DNA of 64,000 bases from a virus (IMGVR_UViG_3300038345_000076:41851-105850); one strand, 5' to 3'; counted from the stretch's first letter, positions 1-8,872 are shown. The notes: generated from the sequence alone by a model not told the origin. Numbers and translations are program-made.

Positions 1-660
1 CCATTCCGTTTTTGCAAACTCCAATGCTTCTTCATAAGAGGATGCTTCGATGTCGAATGTGCGAGAGTATGAGCCGGACACTCGAATGACAAACTTTTGA
101 TTTGTCTTGCTTTCAACGTAGGCAATTAGTTTGTCAAGGTCATCTGAAAGCAGACTTTCGCATTGGTCACTGTAAGAGCAGTGATGATGATGGTTTTCAA
201 TGCAGAAACAATCATCCTCATCAATATACAATGATTCTACGCCAACAGATAGCGTTTCTCCATTAATAGACAGTCTGGTGGCGAAAGTTCCGTCGAACTT
301 TATTCGTCCACCATTCCGCTTAACGATTTCTCGTAGGTGGGAAAGTTTCTTTTCTCGTACTTCTTTCTGCAAGTGGTCGAGAATGTCAAGGAATGATTCA
401 GGGTCATAGGCAAAAATAGTTTCCCCTTCAATTTTCTCTGTTTCCTGAGCAACGTTATTGACATGGAAGATAACCATTCCATCATTGTCAGTCTCAACGG
501 CTGTGCATTCTTCTGTTGTGGCTGTATCACCTTCAACATAATGAACAAAGAATGTTTTGGTAAAATCGTGTTTGCAACCATAACCAAGAATGTTCCTGAT
601 TTCATTCAGAATATCGTTCTTGACATTCATGATTCTCTCTGCATAATCTTTTCTTTCCAT
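1..660 (-). CDS. Hypothetical phage protein, runs off the window edge; DpnD/PcfM-like C-terminal segment
   Basis: Own translation from ATG at 660 (MERKDYAERIMNVKND...) stays open to base 1 and ends FVIRVSGSYSRTFDIEASSYEEALEFAK; preferred over the 300..605 track ORF. Confidence 0.7.
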   Translation of the reverse strand, partial: MERKDYAERIMNVKNDILNEIRNILGYGCKHDFTKTFFVHYVEGDTATTEECTAVETDNDGMVIFHVNNVAQETEKIEGETIFAYDPESFLDILDHLQKEVREKKLSHLREIVKRNGGRIKFDGTFATRLSINGETLSVGVESLYIDEDDCFCIENHHHHCSYSDQCESLLSDDLDKLIAYVESKTNQKFVIRVSGSYSRTFDIEASSYEEALEFAKTEW

Positions 661-724
661 AATAAACTGAATTTTAAAAGTTAGACAATAGTGAATCGCC
701 CAAGTATTAAGTTGGGCGAAACTC

Positions 725-1156
725 TTAGTCAATGAACATACCAAAATCAATCTTCTTTGCCTTTTGTCCGTTAAGAACTGGCTTGGTGGAAAAGACATAG
801 GTATGCACATTGTCTGTAATGCAGTGACTTCCAAAGATGTGATAGCCCGCTTTCTGAATAGCCTTAAACACGGCTTTCATTTCACATGTTCTGACCTTCA
901 TACTGAAAGGGTATCTCCTCTTGTCAATCTTCTGTGTTACTATACCAGTCATTTTAGTCATTGCAGAAGATTCATAGAATATATGTACTTCTGCACTTTT
1001 GTCTGAATAGTCCCAGATTCTCAGGGTGTAGAAACCTTTTTCCAGACCATTTTTCATCCAATAGATGATGTGGTTGCAGATGTCATGAACAACTTTTGCT
1101 CTCACTTCTTTTGGCTGAACGTAATCGTTAGCCGGAATATTTACCTGTACTTTCAT
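725..1156 (-). CDS. Hypothetical protein (143 aa)
   Basis: ORF with A-rich leader, followed by an intergenic hairpin. Confidence 0.7.
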   Translation of the reverse strand: MKVQVNIPANDYVQPKEVRAKVVHDICNHIIYWMKNGLEKGFYTLRIWDYSDKSAEVHIFYESSAMTKMTGIVTQKIDKRRYPFSMKVRTCEMKAVFKAIQKAGYHIFGSHCITDNVHTYVFSTKPVLNGQKAKKIDFGMFID

Positions 1157-1227
1157 GTGAATTGAATTTTATAAATTAGACAATAGGCAGTAAACACGAT
1201 GCTTGGTCGTGCTTACCGATAGCGAGT

Positions 1228-1482
1228 TTAGCCATAGACGGCATCCCAATCTACCTCAGAAACTTCTTTCTCGGCTGTAATACCCATATCGAGGTTGATG
1301 TGTGGGTCGGTGTCCTGGTCTTCAACATACTGCATACAGAAATCAATGAAGCAACAAGTTCTGGCTTCATTCTCATGGTCATTCTTTGGGAACTTAATAC
1401 CGCGAGCAACGATCTCTTTCTCAAACATTTCGCCAAGCACGGCAATCTCACCGTAAGATGGCTGATACTGATATGTACTCAT
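1228..1482 (-). CDS. Hypothetical protein (84 aa, acidic)
   Basis: ORF fits the leftward gene array. Confidence 0.7.
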   Translation of the reverse strand: MSTYQYQPSYGEIAVLGEMFEKEIVARGIKFPKNDHENEARTCCFIDFCMQYVEDQDTDPHINLDMGITAEKEVSEVDWDAVYG

Positions 1483-1550
1483 AATTTTAAAATTTAGAAT
1501 TTATCGTACTCTCTGCATTTGTCAGGACACAGAGAGAGGTAGATAATAGA

Positions 1551-1802
1551 TTAAATTCTTGACTCCATTGCTTTTTGAAGGATAGTTTTGTTTTCGCTTG
1601 AAAGTGAATCAATATCCAAATCACCTTCAAACTCAAAACATCCGACGTGAATGAAGATTTTATCCTCTTTGTCGGAATACCAAATGCTTTCAACATCTAC
1701 TTCGTTGTCGAAAATGCGGAGTCTTACTTTTAGGTCTATTGCATAGAAATTCTGTTCATTTCTGTGCATAAAGTCCATTGCTGTTTCTTGAATTGTACTC
1801 AT
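1551..1802 (-). CDS. Hypothetical protein (83 aa)
   Basis: Start moved to MSTIQET at 1802, just downstream of the 1823-1858 hairpin. Confidence 0.7.
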   Translation of the reverse strand: MSTIQETAMDFMHRNEQNFYAIDLKVRLRIFDNEVDVESIWYSDKEDKIFIHVGCFEFEGDLDIDSLSSENKTILQKAMESRI

Positions 1803-1867
1803 ATTATATTCTTTTAATGTTAATCGTACTCCAATCTGTTTTTGAGCAGATATGGAGTGAGAGAGTT

Positions 1868-2398
1868 TTAGAATGGCATCTTGTCGCAGGCTTTCTGCAA
1901 CTTTTCCAGATAGGCTTCGTAGTCTTCGTAGTGCTCTTTTATGTTGTCGAATGGTACTCCATTGCCAGGCTGTCCGTTTTGCCACCACGAAAGAACTGTC
2001 TCGTTGATGTCGAAATTGTCAATGTACTCTTGCAAATTCTTTTTCCGTACCTTGTCAAGCGAGATAATCATGTCTTCGCCTGCATCGGTATAGCACTCAA
2101 GTTCTCCGTCGCCATTCGATGTGATGTCGAAGTCTTCAAGATAGAGTTCGTTGATGTAGTCTCTCCACGGTTCTCCATCAATAGTGAGTTTACATAAATC
2201 TCCATCCCATTCTACATCACAGAAATGACTTCCGTTTAAGTCATAGACAGAAACAGTGAATCCGATTGTTCCATAGGAACAGAACAATGGCTGTGTCTCG
2301 ATTTCACGACCGTACCACGAATTTCTTCTTCTGTAATTCTCGTCGTTGAATCTGTCTTCGAGAATCGCCTTGCATAGTCTGATTAAATACTTTTCCAT
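1868..2398 (-). CDS. Hypothetical protein (176 aa, acidic)
   Basis: ORF with A-rich leader. Confidence 0.75.
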   Translation of the reverse strand: MEKYLIRLCKAILEDRFNDENYRRRNSWYGREIETQPLFCSYGTIGFTVSVYDLNGSHFCDVEWDGDLCKLTIDGEPWRDYINELYLEDFDITSNGDGELECYTDAGEDMIISLDKVRKKNLQEYIDNFDINETVLSWWQNGQPGNGVPFDNIKEHYEDYEAYLEKLQKACDKMPF

Positions 2399-2438
2399 AA
2401 TCTATTGAATTTTGTGGTTAGTGCGACTATTGCAGATA

Positions 2439-2642
2439 TTACCCTGCAAATAGTCTTTTGATGTTCGGACGTGAACGCAAACCATCTTTGATAACTCTTG
2501 CGTTTGCTCCATGGCCGTAGTTCCCATACTTACCATACCTCCAGAACCATCGGAAGTGTGGCTTGTCTGCATACTTCTCAACGAAATACTTTTCTCCGTT
2601 GATCTCGTAGTCTTTGGAGTTCTTTACGATAGTCATAATCAT
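2439..2642 (-). CDS. Small hypothetical protein
   Basis: ORF between two hairpins. Confidence 0.6.
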   Translation of the reverse strand: MIMTIVKNSKDYEINGEKYFVEKYADKPHFRWFWRYGKYGNYGHGANARVIKDGLRSRPNIKRLFAG

Positions 2643-2698
2643 TGAATTTTAGGGGTTAGTGTGCCATGCTCAACTGTTAATTCAAACATGACTGAGAG

Positions 2699-2920
2699 TT
2701 AGTAAGTTATCCATTCCGCTTTGTACTTCTTTCCGTTTATAGAAAAGATAACTTTGGTATAAGCACTTCTCACATAGATGTTGTACTCTCTGACAGTTCT
2801 GTCAAGCCAGTCAACCCATCCTCTAAAATGCTCAGTCATTTCTCTACGGTTGTTTCCGAAAAGTTTCTTTTCGTACAAACATTCCTTGTAGTTCGTTTGG
2901 AATTTGTAAAGTGGTAGCAT
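2699..2920 (-). CDS. Small hypothetical protein
   Basis: ORF between two hairpins. Confidence 0.65.
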   Translation of the reverse strand: MLPLYKFQTNYKECLYEKKLFGNNRREMTEHFRGWVDWLDRTVREYNIYVRSAYTKVIFSINGKKYKAEWITY

Positions 2921-2974
2921 AATCTTTGAATTTTTGGTGAATAGTAAAGACTTGGGTTGTTAAGCCAAAATCTT

Positions 2975-3448
2975 TCAAAAGTCTGTCATGTGCAATTCGT
3001 AAGGCATTATGTCACGTTTCACTCTTGCGCCATGGCCGAAGATTAAACTTTCAGACAAAGTGTTTCCGATTTCAATACCTCAGAATAGACGAATGTTTCT
3101 CAGTTGGTCTTTGTCTGCACACAATTCACGTACTTTCAAGCGAACCGCATACACGCAAACTTTGTCGTAAGGATATGCGATTTCACCGAACAGACGTGCA
3201 GAAGAAGGAAACACGCTAAGATAGACGTAACCGATTTTGCTCTGATAACTGTTTCTGCGCTTTCTGCTTGTTCTTAGCAGTCCTTCGCTTGCAATGTCGT
3301 GCCGTGAAGACGTGCCGTGATAAAGTATGATATATTCTTCTCTATATTGGCGCAGGATTTGAGCAAACTGCTTTATTTCTTTTGCCGTGGGAGTGTCGTT
3401 ATATACATACTTTTTTGTTTGCTCATAGTTTCGCAAATCAATCTCCAT
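2975..3448 (-). pseudogene. ADP-ribosyltransferase-fold-like protein interrupted by an in-frame TGA at 3080-3082
   Basis: LYHGTS...GL...VYLS motif; frame continues 34 aa past the TGA (GIEIGNTLSESLIFGHGARVKRD...) to a stop abutting the next hairpin. Confidence 0.55.
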
Positions 3449-3509
3449 AGATAATTTGAATTTATTTGGTTTATTGCAGAACGCGGAGAGGTAAACCTCC
3501 GCACTCCGA

Positions 3510-4052
3510 TTAGTAATTGAAACTCTTGTCTTTCGGAACTTCCGAATAGTGTAACTCTTCGCTCCAGATACGATACTCGAAAGTATCATAGTCGATGCGC
3601 ACAAAGATGGTTTGACTTCTCTTCGGATTCTTGCTCACGTCCCCCATAACGCTATCGCCAAAGACTTTAAGGAACACTTTCTTGTGGTCTTCTCTTGCTC
3701 TCCAAATTTGCAATGCAACATGGTTTCGCATGAGTTTGATTGCATCTTCCAACCTTGCAAAGTGGTGGTGGCCAGTGCTCCAGCCGTGGTCGTTCACTTC
3801 ACATCTGATAAAGTAAACTCTTTGCGGTCTTGCGTCGATGGCATCTTCCAGACCTTCAAGATACTCAATCATCTGTGCGGAAGTTCTGTGCGTGTTTACT
3901 TGACTAAAAGGATAAGGAGGAAATTCCGTTCCGTTGCTTGACGTGTAAAGATACCAAGTTCCGTTCTTTCTTCCGAGCCGCAAATCAGTCTTCGCTTTCT
4001 CGTTGATGCGCTTCACCTGATTGTTGATGATTTCTTTGTTTGTTATAGCCAT
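3510..4052 (-). CDS. Hypothetical protein (180 aa)
   Basis: ORF track, A-rich leader. Confidence 0.7.
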   Translation of the reverse strand: MAITNKEIINNQVKRINEKAKTDLRLGRKNGTWYLYTSSNGTEFPPYPFSQVNTHRTSAQMIEYLEGLEDAIDARPQRVYFIRCEVNDHGWSTGHHHFARLEDAIKLMRNHVALQIWRAREDHKKVFLKVFGDSVMGDVSKNPKRSQTIFVRIDYDTFEYRIWSEELHYSEVPKDKSFNY

Positions 4053-4113
4053 AATTGTAAGAATTAAAAGTTGTGCTCCAGACAGAAACTTTGCTTTCGG
4101 TCTGGAAAGAGAG

Positions 4114-4341
4114 CTATCTACGGAATCGTATAAGCAACTTTGCTTCTTCGTAAACTTCTGGAGTTACGTTGTAGATGTATTGTCCGCAGCGAACAAGTTG
4201 CGCACTTTTCCCGTAAAACTGCTTTTTCATACCTGCAACGCTTCCACTTGCATGAAAATTAGGGAAGTTGCCTAACCCTAACTTACTTGCAAACTCCTTC
4301 CGTACCCTCAATAACGGGTAAGTTTTGCCTGAATCTGTCAT
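4114..4341 (-). CDS. Small hypothetical protein
   Basis: ORF between hairpins. Confidence 0.65.
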   Translation of the reverse strand: MTDSGKTYPLLRVRKEFASKLGLGNFPNFHASGSVAGMKKQFYGKSAQLVRCGQYIYNVTPEVYEEAKLLIRFRR

Positions 4342-4395
4342 AACTGAAAAGTATTGGTTAATGTACTTCGCAGGGGTGTTGCGCCCTGCAAAGTT

Positions 4396-4839
4396 TTAGG
4401 CCGTGAACTTCTTCTCGTACTCAAGAATCTCTTCCCAAGAAATCCATTCGGGCTTCAGGTCGTCAGGAATCTTGTTCCAATGCTCTTTCATACTCTCAAT
4501 CATTTCTTTTGCAGTCTGCCAGTGCGCATTGTTGTAATGACTTGCAGATTCGTAATACTTGCAATCCATCTGCATACGTGAAAGCATCATGTAATCAAAC
4601 TTAAACGCTCTCTCACGCTCTTCACGTTCAGAACGTGGATTTGCGATTACGATTTTACACTCAATCATTTTGTCTGGCTCGCCCTCGGAATCTGTTGCGG
4701 GGGAAAGACGATAAACGACTGAAATTTCGTTGTTCTTTGGCTCATCATGGCAATCCACATAATAATATCCTTTGGAATCTTGATAAAGATTTCCGTCCAT
4801 TCTGTGTTCGCCAACTCTTGTAAGTTCTAAAGTCTTCAT
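4396..4839 (-). CDS. LPD11-like (large polyvalent protein-associated domain) protein
   Basis: C-terminal FDYMMLSRMQMDCKYY...MKEHWNKIPDDLKPEWISWEEILEYEK matches the LPD11 pattern as I recall it. Confidence 0.65.
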   Translation of the reverse strand: MKTLELTRVGEHRMDGNLYQDSKGYYYVDCHDEPKNNEISVVYRLSPATDSEGEPDKMIECKIVIANPRSEREERERAFKFDYMMLSRMQMDCKYYESASHYNNAHWQTAKEMIESMKEHWNKIPDDLKPEWISWEEILEYEKKFTA

Positions 4840-4900
4840 AATCGTAAATATTTTAATGAGTTTTATCGTACTTTTGGGCGGTTGTAGGTCGCCCGAAAGT

Positions 4901-5392
4901 TTAGAGATTTAGCATCTTGTCAAGCCAAGTCGATTCGTCGATGATGTCGGCCATAGCATAGTAGTATTTGCCACTGGCTTTGTCGTAGAGATATTGACCG
5001 TAGAAAGTCATTGTCGTACACTCTCCGATAAAGAACATTGAATAACGCTCGTTACGAATCCACCTCTTAGGCGGCAAAACATTCAGAGCATAGTCGTATT
5101 CTTCCTGAGTTATCTCCTTTGGCTCTTTGCTCAACCACTTATCACGCTGGAGTTTGCAATACTCTTCCCATGTAACGGCACGGAAGCCGGATTGGAGAAT
5201 CTTTGTAACTTTTTCAAGTTGAAACTGCCAGTGGTCTGACATGTTAGGATAGTTTACGAGGTGGCTTTCATACAAAGCCTTGTCTTTCTCATAAAACTCC
5301 TTTGCACGTTCGATGTTGGTACTAACTTCAGATTCCTTGCAAGTGGTGAAGCAATCAAAATACGCATTGTTGATAATCAATAAATCTTCCAT
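4901..5392 (-). CDS. DUF1419-like protein
   Basis: EITQEEYDYALNVLPP...F..GE motif; start moved to MEDLLII. Confidence 0.55.
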   Translation of the reverse strand: MEDLLIINNAYFDCFTTCKESEVSTNIERAKEFYEKDKALYESHLVNYPNMSDHWQFQLEKVTKILQSGFRAVTWEEYCKLQRDKWLSKEPKEITQEEYDYALNVLPPKRWIRNERYSMFFIGECTTMTFYGQYLYDKASGKYYYAMADIIDESTWLDKMLNL

Positions 5393-5451
5393 AATAGTTT
5401 GAATTTTAGTGATACATTGCAGTCGTGGGAGTTTTGAGGCTCCCATGACTT

Positions 5452-5928
5452 TTAGAGTTCGATCTTGATGTCATTCCACTCTTCCGGCAAAGTTCTAATC
5501 TGCTGCAGAATGTAGTCAACAATCTTGCGGTCGTAGATGTAGAAATGCCAAGCGTAAGAACACTCTCTCAGATTCCCGATAAAGACCCAGCAATTCGTTT
5601 CTTCAGCCCAATAAAGATTTACGCCGATATGACGGTCAGGCGTGTAGCCGTTCTTTCTAATGAAGTCGAATCGCTCTGCAATAGTGCAACCAGGCTGATA
5701 AGATGAAGGAATGTTGCAGTCAACGTACTTGTAGCCAGTCTTTCGGAAATACATCAATCTAACCGCCATTTCGTGACGCGAAAGTACTTCGTATTTCTTT
5801 GCGCATTTGTCGATGCGATGGAAATACGATTTCACTCCATTAACAACCACAAAGTAATCTGTGTAGTTTCTGTCTTCACAATTCCAACGTGAAAACTGCT
5901 TGTAATCGTTCTTGATAATCTGTACCAT
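5452..5928 (-). CDS. Hypothetical protein (158 aa)
   Basis: ORF track. Confidence 0.7.
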   Translation of the reverse strand: MVQIIKNDYKQFSRWNCEDRNYTDYFVVVNGVKSYFHRIDKCAKKYEVLSRHEMAVRLMYFRKTGYKYVDCNIPSSYQPGCTIAERFDFIRKNGYTPDRHIGVNLYWAEETNCWVFIGNLRECSYAWHFYIYDRKIVDYILQQIRTLPEEWNDIKIEL

Positions 5929-5991
5929 GATAATTGAATTTTTGTTAATTATAGTTTTGTCAGTCAGAGAGTTTTCAGGCTCTCTGAGAGT

Positions 5992-6228
5992 TTAGGCAAC
6001 CTTGCGAAATACTTCTTTCAAACCTTGTTTGGTGTACTTCAAGACCTTAACAACATTCAGCCCTAAATCTTTCCAAGTCGGAAACTCTTCGAGTGCTGCT
6101 GCAACCGCTTCTTTGTTGTTCTTGAAAATTGCAGGACTGCTAACAGATGGCGCATCGTCTTCCGTGCAATACTCTACACGATAGTTTGGATAATGCTTGC
6201 CGTCATAGTCAAAATTGAATTTGTTCAT
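5992..6228 (-). CDS. Small hypothetical protein
   Basis: Start moved to MNKFNF after the A-rich leader. Confidence 0.65.
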   Translation of the reverse strand: MNKFNFDYDGKHYPNYRVEYCTEDDAPSVSSPAIFKNNKEAVAAALEEFPTWKDLGLNVVKVLKYTKQGLKEVFRKVA

Positions 6229-6308
6229 AATCTTTTGAATTTTGGTAAAAATAGTAGGTGCTTCCATCAATCAAAATGGCCGCACCCGAACACACTAAAA
6301 TTAGCAAA

Positions 6309-6479
6309 CTATGAATGTTGTGCCGTTCCAAACCATTTGCGACTGAAATCGTCGGAATCTTTGCAGTTGAAAACTATTCCGATACACTTACGATTCTGTT
6401 TCGCAAACTCTTCACGTTTCTTTAGAAACTCTTGCTCGGTTATTGGCTCGTATGGAGCCATCACATAGTAGTTAACCAT
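6309..6479 (-). CDS. Small hypothetical protein (56 aa)
   Basis: Own translation MVNYYVMAPYEPITEQEF...; ATG follows the 6496-6531 hairpin unit. Confidence 0.55.
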   Translation of the reverse strand: MVNYYVMAPYEPITEQEFLKKREEFAKQNRKCIGIVFNCKDSDDFSRKWFGTAQHS

Positions 6480-6533
6480 AATCTTTTGATTTAATTTCGT
6501 ACTTTGGGGAGTTGCAACGCTCCCCGAAAGTGT

Positions 6534-7193
6534 TCAGGCACACATTCTTTCGATGTTCTCACGTTTCTTGGAAACTTTGAAGCGGTACACCCAACGATGG
6601 TCGGAAAACTCATTGTAGTATTCTATTCCGCGCTCATCCATCAAACTCTTTACGTCGGCAATATTCTCTTCTGCATGGAAGTTGTAGAAGACCCAAACAC
6701 CGATACCGTAAGTGGTGGGATAGACCAAGAACCGATTGTTATAGCCGCGTTCCTTGCAAAGTCTTTGCATAGCCATCGCAAACTTTCCGTATGTTCCGGC
6801 ATAGACCTTGCGATCCTTCTCAACAAGTTTCTGGACGTACTCGACCGTGATGACTTTCGACTTGACGTTTTCTTTCTTGACAAGCATCTGACCGCCATCG
6901 TGCTCAACGTATAAAGTATCGTACTCGTAAGGTGATGCGTGACGTTCCCACGTCTGGTCTGCAAACTTTCGGCACTTTTCTTCAAACTCTTCCATCGACT
7001 CATAAAGTACGTTTGTTCTGCCTTCTTCAGTGGCTTTACTTCCTCGCACATTGTCTTTGTTGTAGTTGTAGGAAAAGTCGTACATTTCCTGCCAGACTCT
7101 TTTCTTGAACTCTTCGTAAGTTTCCTCTGGAAACCAACGTACATTGATACCCTGAACCTTCAGTGCATCAATAGTTTCTTTACTGATTCTCAT
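6534..7193 (-). CDS. Hypothetical protein (219 aa)
   Basis: ORF track. Confidence 0.75.
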   Translation of the reverse strand: MRISKETIDALKVQGINVRWFPEETYEEFKKRVWQEMYDFSYNYNKDNVRGSKATEEGRTNVLYESMEEFEEKCRKFADQTWERHASPYEYDTLYVEHDGGQMLVKKENVKSKVITVEYVQKLVEKDRKVYAGTYGKFAMAMQRLCKERGYNNRFLVYPTTYGIGVWVFYNFHAEENIADVKSLMDERGIEYYNEFSDHRWVYRFKVSKKRENIERMCA

Positions 7194-7252
7194 AATTGCT
7201 GAATTTTAAATGATTAGTCGTACTTTCGTGGAGTGTCACCTCCACAAAAGTC

Positions 7253-7930
7253 TTAGGCTGCATCCTCGTAGATGCCGTTGAACTCTGTGCCATCCTCATA
7301 ATAGAGTTTGTCAGGCCAGTTTGCGGAAATCATATCTCCAATAGATTCGTCTGACATTCTGTAATCATCTTCATCTGACCAAAGTCTCAGATAGTGATGG
7401 AAACAATCATCAAATAAATCGTGTAGAGATATGTTCCAATCGGGACTTTTGTACCATTCAAAGATTTTGTCTAAGATGTCGCAATCGTAGCACATTCCAG
7501 TAAACGGACAATCCTGCTCAACCCACCAGATATGAGAATAACGCTTGACGTGTTCCAGTCCGACAGGATGCTCTGAATCTTTTGCGTGAGGAACAAGTTT
7601 GCCGTAATACTTGCGGCTGCGAATGTCGTAGTAATACTTGTTGAGGAATCTCCAGAGATACTTTCCGCAAAGTTCCTCAGAGTTTGCGTCAAGTTCTGAA
7701 TCCTCAAAGTGCCAGGTGATGAAACGATACTGATGGTCATAGTCAATTTCATAGCGTATGCCAAAGACTTCGCAAAACTTATCCAGAGTGGCGCGTCTTT
7801 CATCTGCGTCTGTTTCTTGACAAATGTACCAATAGCCGTAAGTTTCTTCACGGTCACGTTCACAAACTTCGTGTTTCGCATCTTTCGACAACTCGTCAAA
7901 ATGATACAACTTTACAGTTACTTCTTTCAT
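7253..7930 (-). CDS. Conserved phage hypothetical protein (Y.FDELS..AK N-terminus)
   Basis: N-terminal LYHFDELSKDAK and C-terminal DYRMSDESI...YEDG pattern common in phage early proteins. Confidence 0.7.
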   Translation of the reverse strand: MKEVTVKLYHFDELSKDAKHEVCERDREETYGYWYICQETDADERRATLDKFCEVFGIRYEIDYDHQYRFITWHFEDSELDANSEELCGKYLWRFLNKYYYDIRSRKYYGKLVPHAKDSEHPVGLEHVKRYSHIWWVEQDCPFTGMCYDCDILDKIFEWYKSPDWNISLHDLFDDCFHHYLRLWSDEDDYRMSDESIGDMISANWPDKLYYEDGTEFNGIYEDAA

Positions 7931-7998
7931 AGTCTCATAATTTTAATGTGAATAATATCGTACTCTCCACGATTGCAACATCATGGAAAGTATTTTGA

Positions 7999-8133
7999 TC
8001 AGCACTTGTAAAGTGAGGGCTTGACGAATCTTATTCCGTCTTTCCAAAGTTCTGTACCTTTGCACTTTGCGCAAATCTCAGCAAACTTGCCGACAAATGG
8101 AAATCCCATCGGCTTGACAATTCTTCTTCTCAT
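7999..8133 (-). CDS. Small ORF (44 aa)
   Basis: MRRRIVKPMGFPF... exactly fills the space between two hairpin units. Confidence 0.5.
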   Translation of the reverse strand: MRRRIVKPMGFPFVGKFAEICAKCKGTELWKDGIRFVKPSLYKC

Positions 8134-8199
8134 AATTGATATACTTTTTATTGGTTAGTCGTACTTCCGACCATTGCAACAAGATCGAAAGCAAAAGTT

Positions 8200-8340
8200 T
8201 CAGAAACATAATCCAAGATTTTTCTGACAGATGAAAAACTTCTCAGCAGTAGCAAGCATCTTTTTTGTACCATAACCTTTCAGGTACAAAGTGTAAATCC
8301 GCTCAATCTGTGCGGAAATATCGCAAAAAGACTTTTTCAT
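8200..8340 (-). CDS. Small ORF (46 aa)
   Basis: MKKSFCDISAQIERIY... between two hairpin units. Confidence 0.5.
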   Translation of the reverse strand: MKKSFCDISAQIERIYTLYLKGYGTKKMLATAEKFFICQKNLGLCF

Positions 8341-8405
8341 AAAAACTCCTTTCCTTAAAGATTTTATCGTACTGCCAACAAACGCAACTTTGTCGGCAGT
8401 AGGTT

Positions 8406-8501
8406 TTAGATCTCAAAGTTTTCATAAACAAACTTTGCAGCGGCATTGAAATCGTTGCCGAAATTCTTAATCTCTCCGTTTGGTAATTCTACGTAATACA
8501 T
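8406..8501 (-). CDS. Small ORF (31 aa)
   Basis: MYYVELPNGEIKNFGNDF... between two hairpin units. Confidence 0.5.
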   Translation of the reverse strand: MYYVELPNGEIKNFGNDFNAAAKFVYENFEI

Positions 8502-8662
8502 AATTGAAACTTTTTTTGGTAAAACATTATCGTACTTTCAACAGTTCTAACACTATTGAAAGTAATAGCCCTCACGGGTTTCATAAAACACAATAACTAA
8601 AAACCTAAAACTAATATCGTACTGCCAAGAACTTTCACGTACTCAGCAGCCTGGTCGTACTC

Positions 8663-8872
8663 TCAAATCTCGTACTTTGTCACCTGAATGTTTATCTTCC
8701 AGAACTCCAGCCAGAACTTTCTGATTCTCGTACTGAACTTTGGAGAGTTCCAGACTAACACGGCATAAGCAATCGCAAAAGTTACATAAAGCAGACTATT
8801 GCAGCATAATGCCATGACGATGGGCGCAAGTATCAAAGTACCTGCAACGTAGATAAAAATTTTCTTTGCCAT
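8663..8872 (-). CDS. Small membrane protein
   Basis: Two hydrophobic segments. Confidence 0.65.
   Translation of the reverse strand: MAKKIFIYVAGTLILAPIVMALCCNSLLYVTFAIAYAVLVWNSPKFSTRIRKFWLEFWKINIQVTKYEI

Larger units (their letters stand above)
691..8650 (-). repeat. Dispersed family of fixed-length (30-31 nt) intergenic hairpins, many with a (A/G/T)TCGTACT flank
   Basis: TCGTACT-type copies at 1503, 1823, 4362 (TGTACT variant), 4865, 6496, 7217, 7957, 8158, 8366, 8529, 8616; related hairpins at about 696, 2425, 2946, 4077, 5421, 5962. Confidence 0.85.

Noticed and set aside
300-605. Track ORF 300..605 and the many antisense ORFs inside long genes
   Set aside because: They are shadow frames of better-supported genes; here the 1..660 frame is preferred
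2975-3448. Genome-wide stop codon reassignment
   Set aside because: Long genes are intact under code 11, and TGA and TAG end many genes normally
1503-8650. Hairpin array as a CRISPR array or ordinary terminators
   Set aside because: The repeats are not sequence-identical, the intervals are whole genes, no cas genes are present, and there is no U-tract on the mRNA strand
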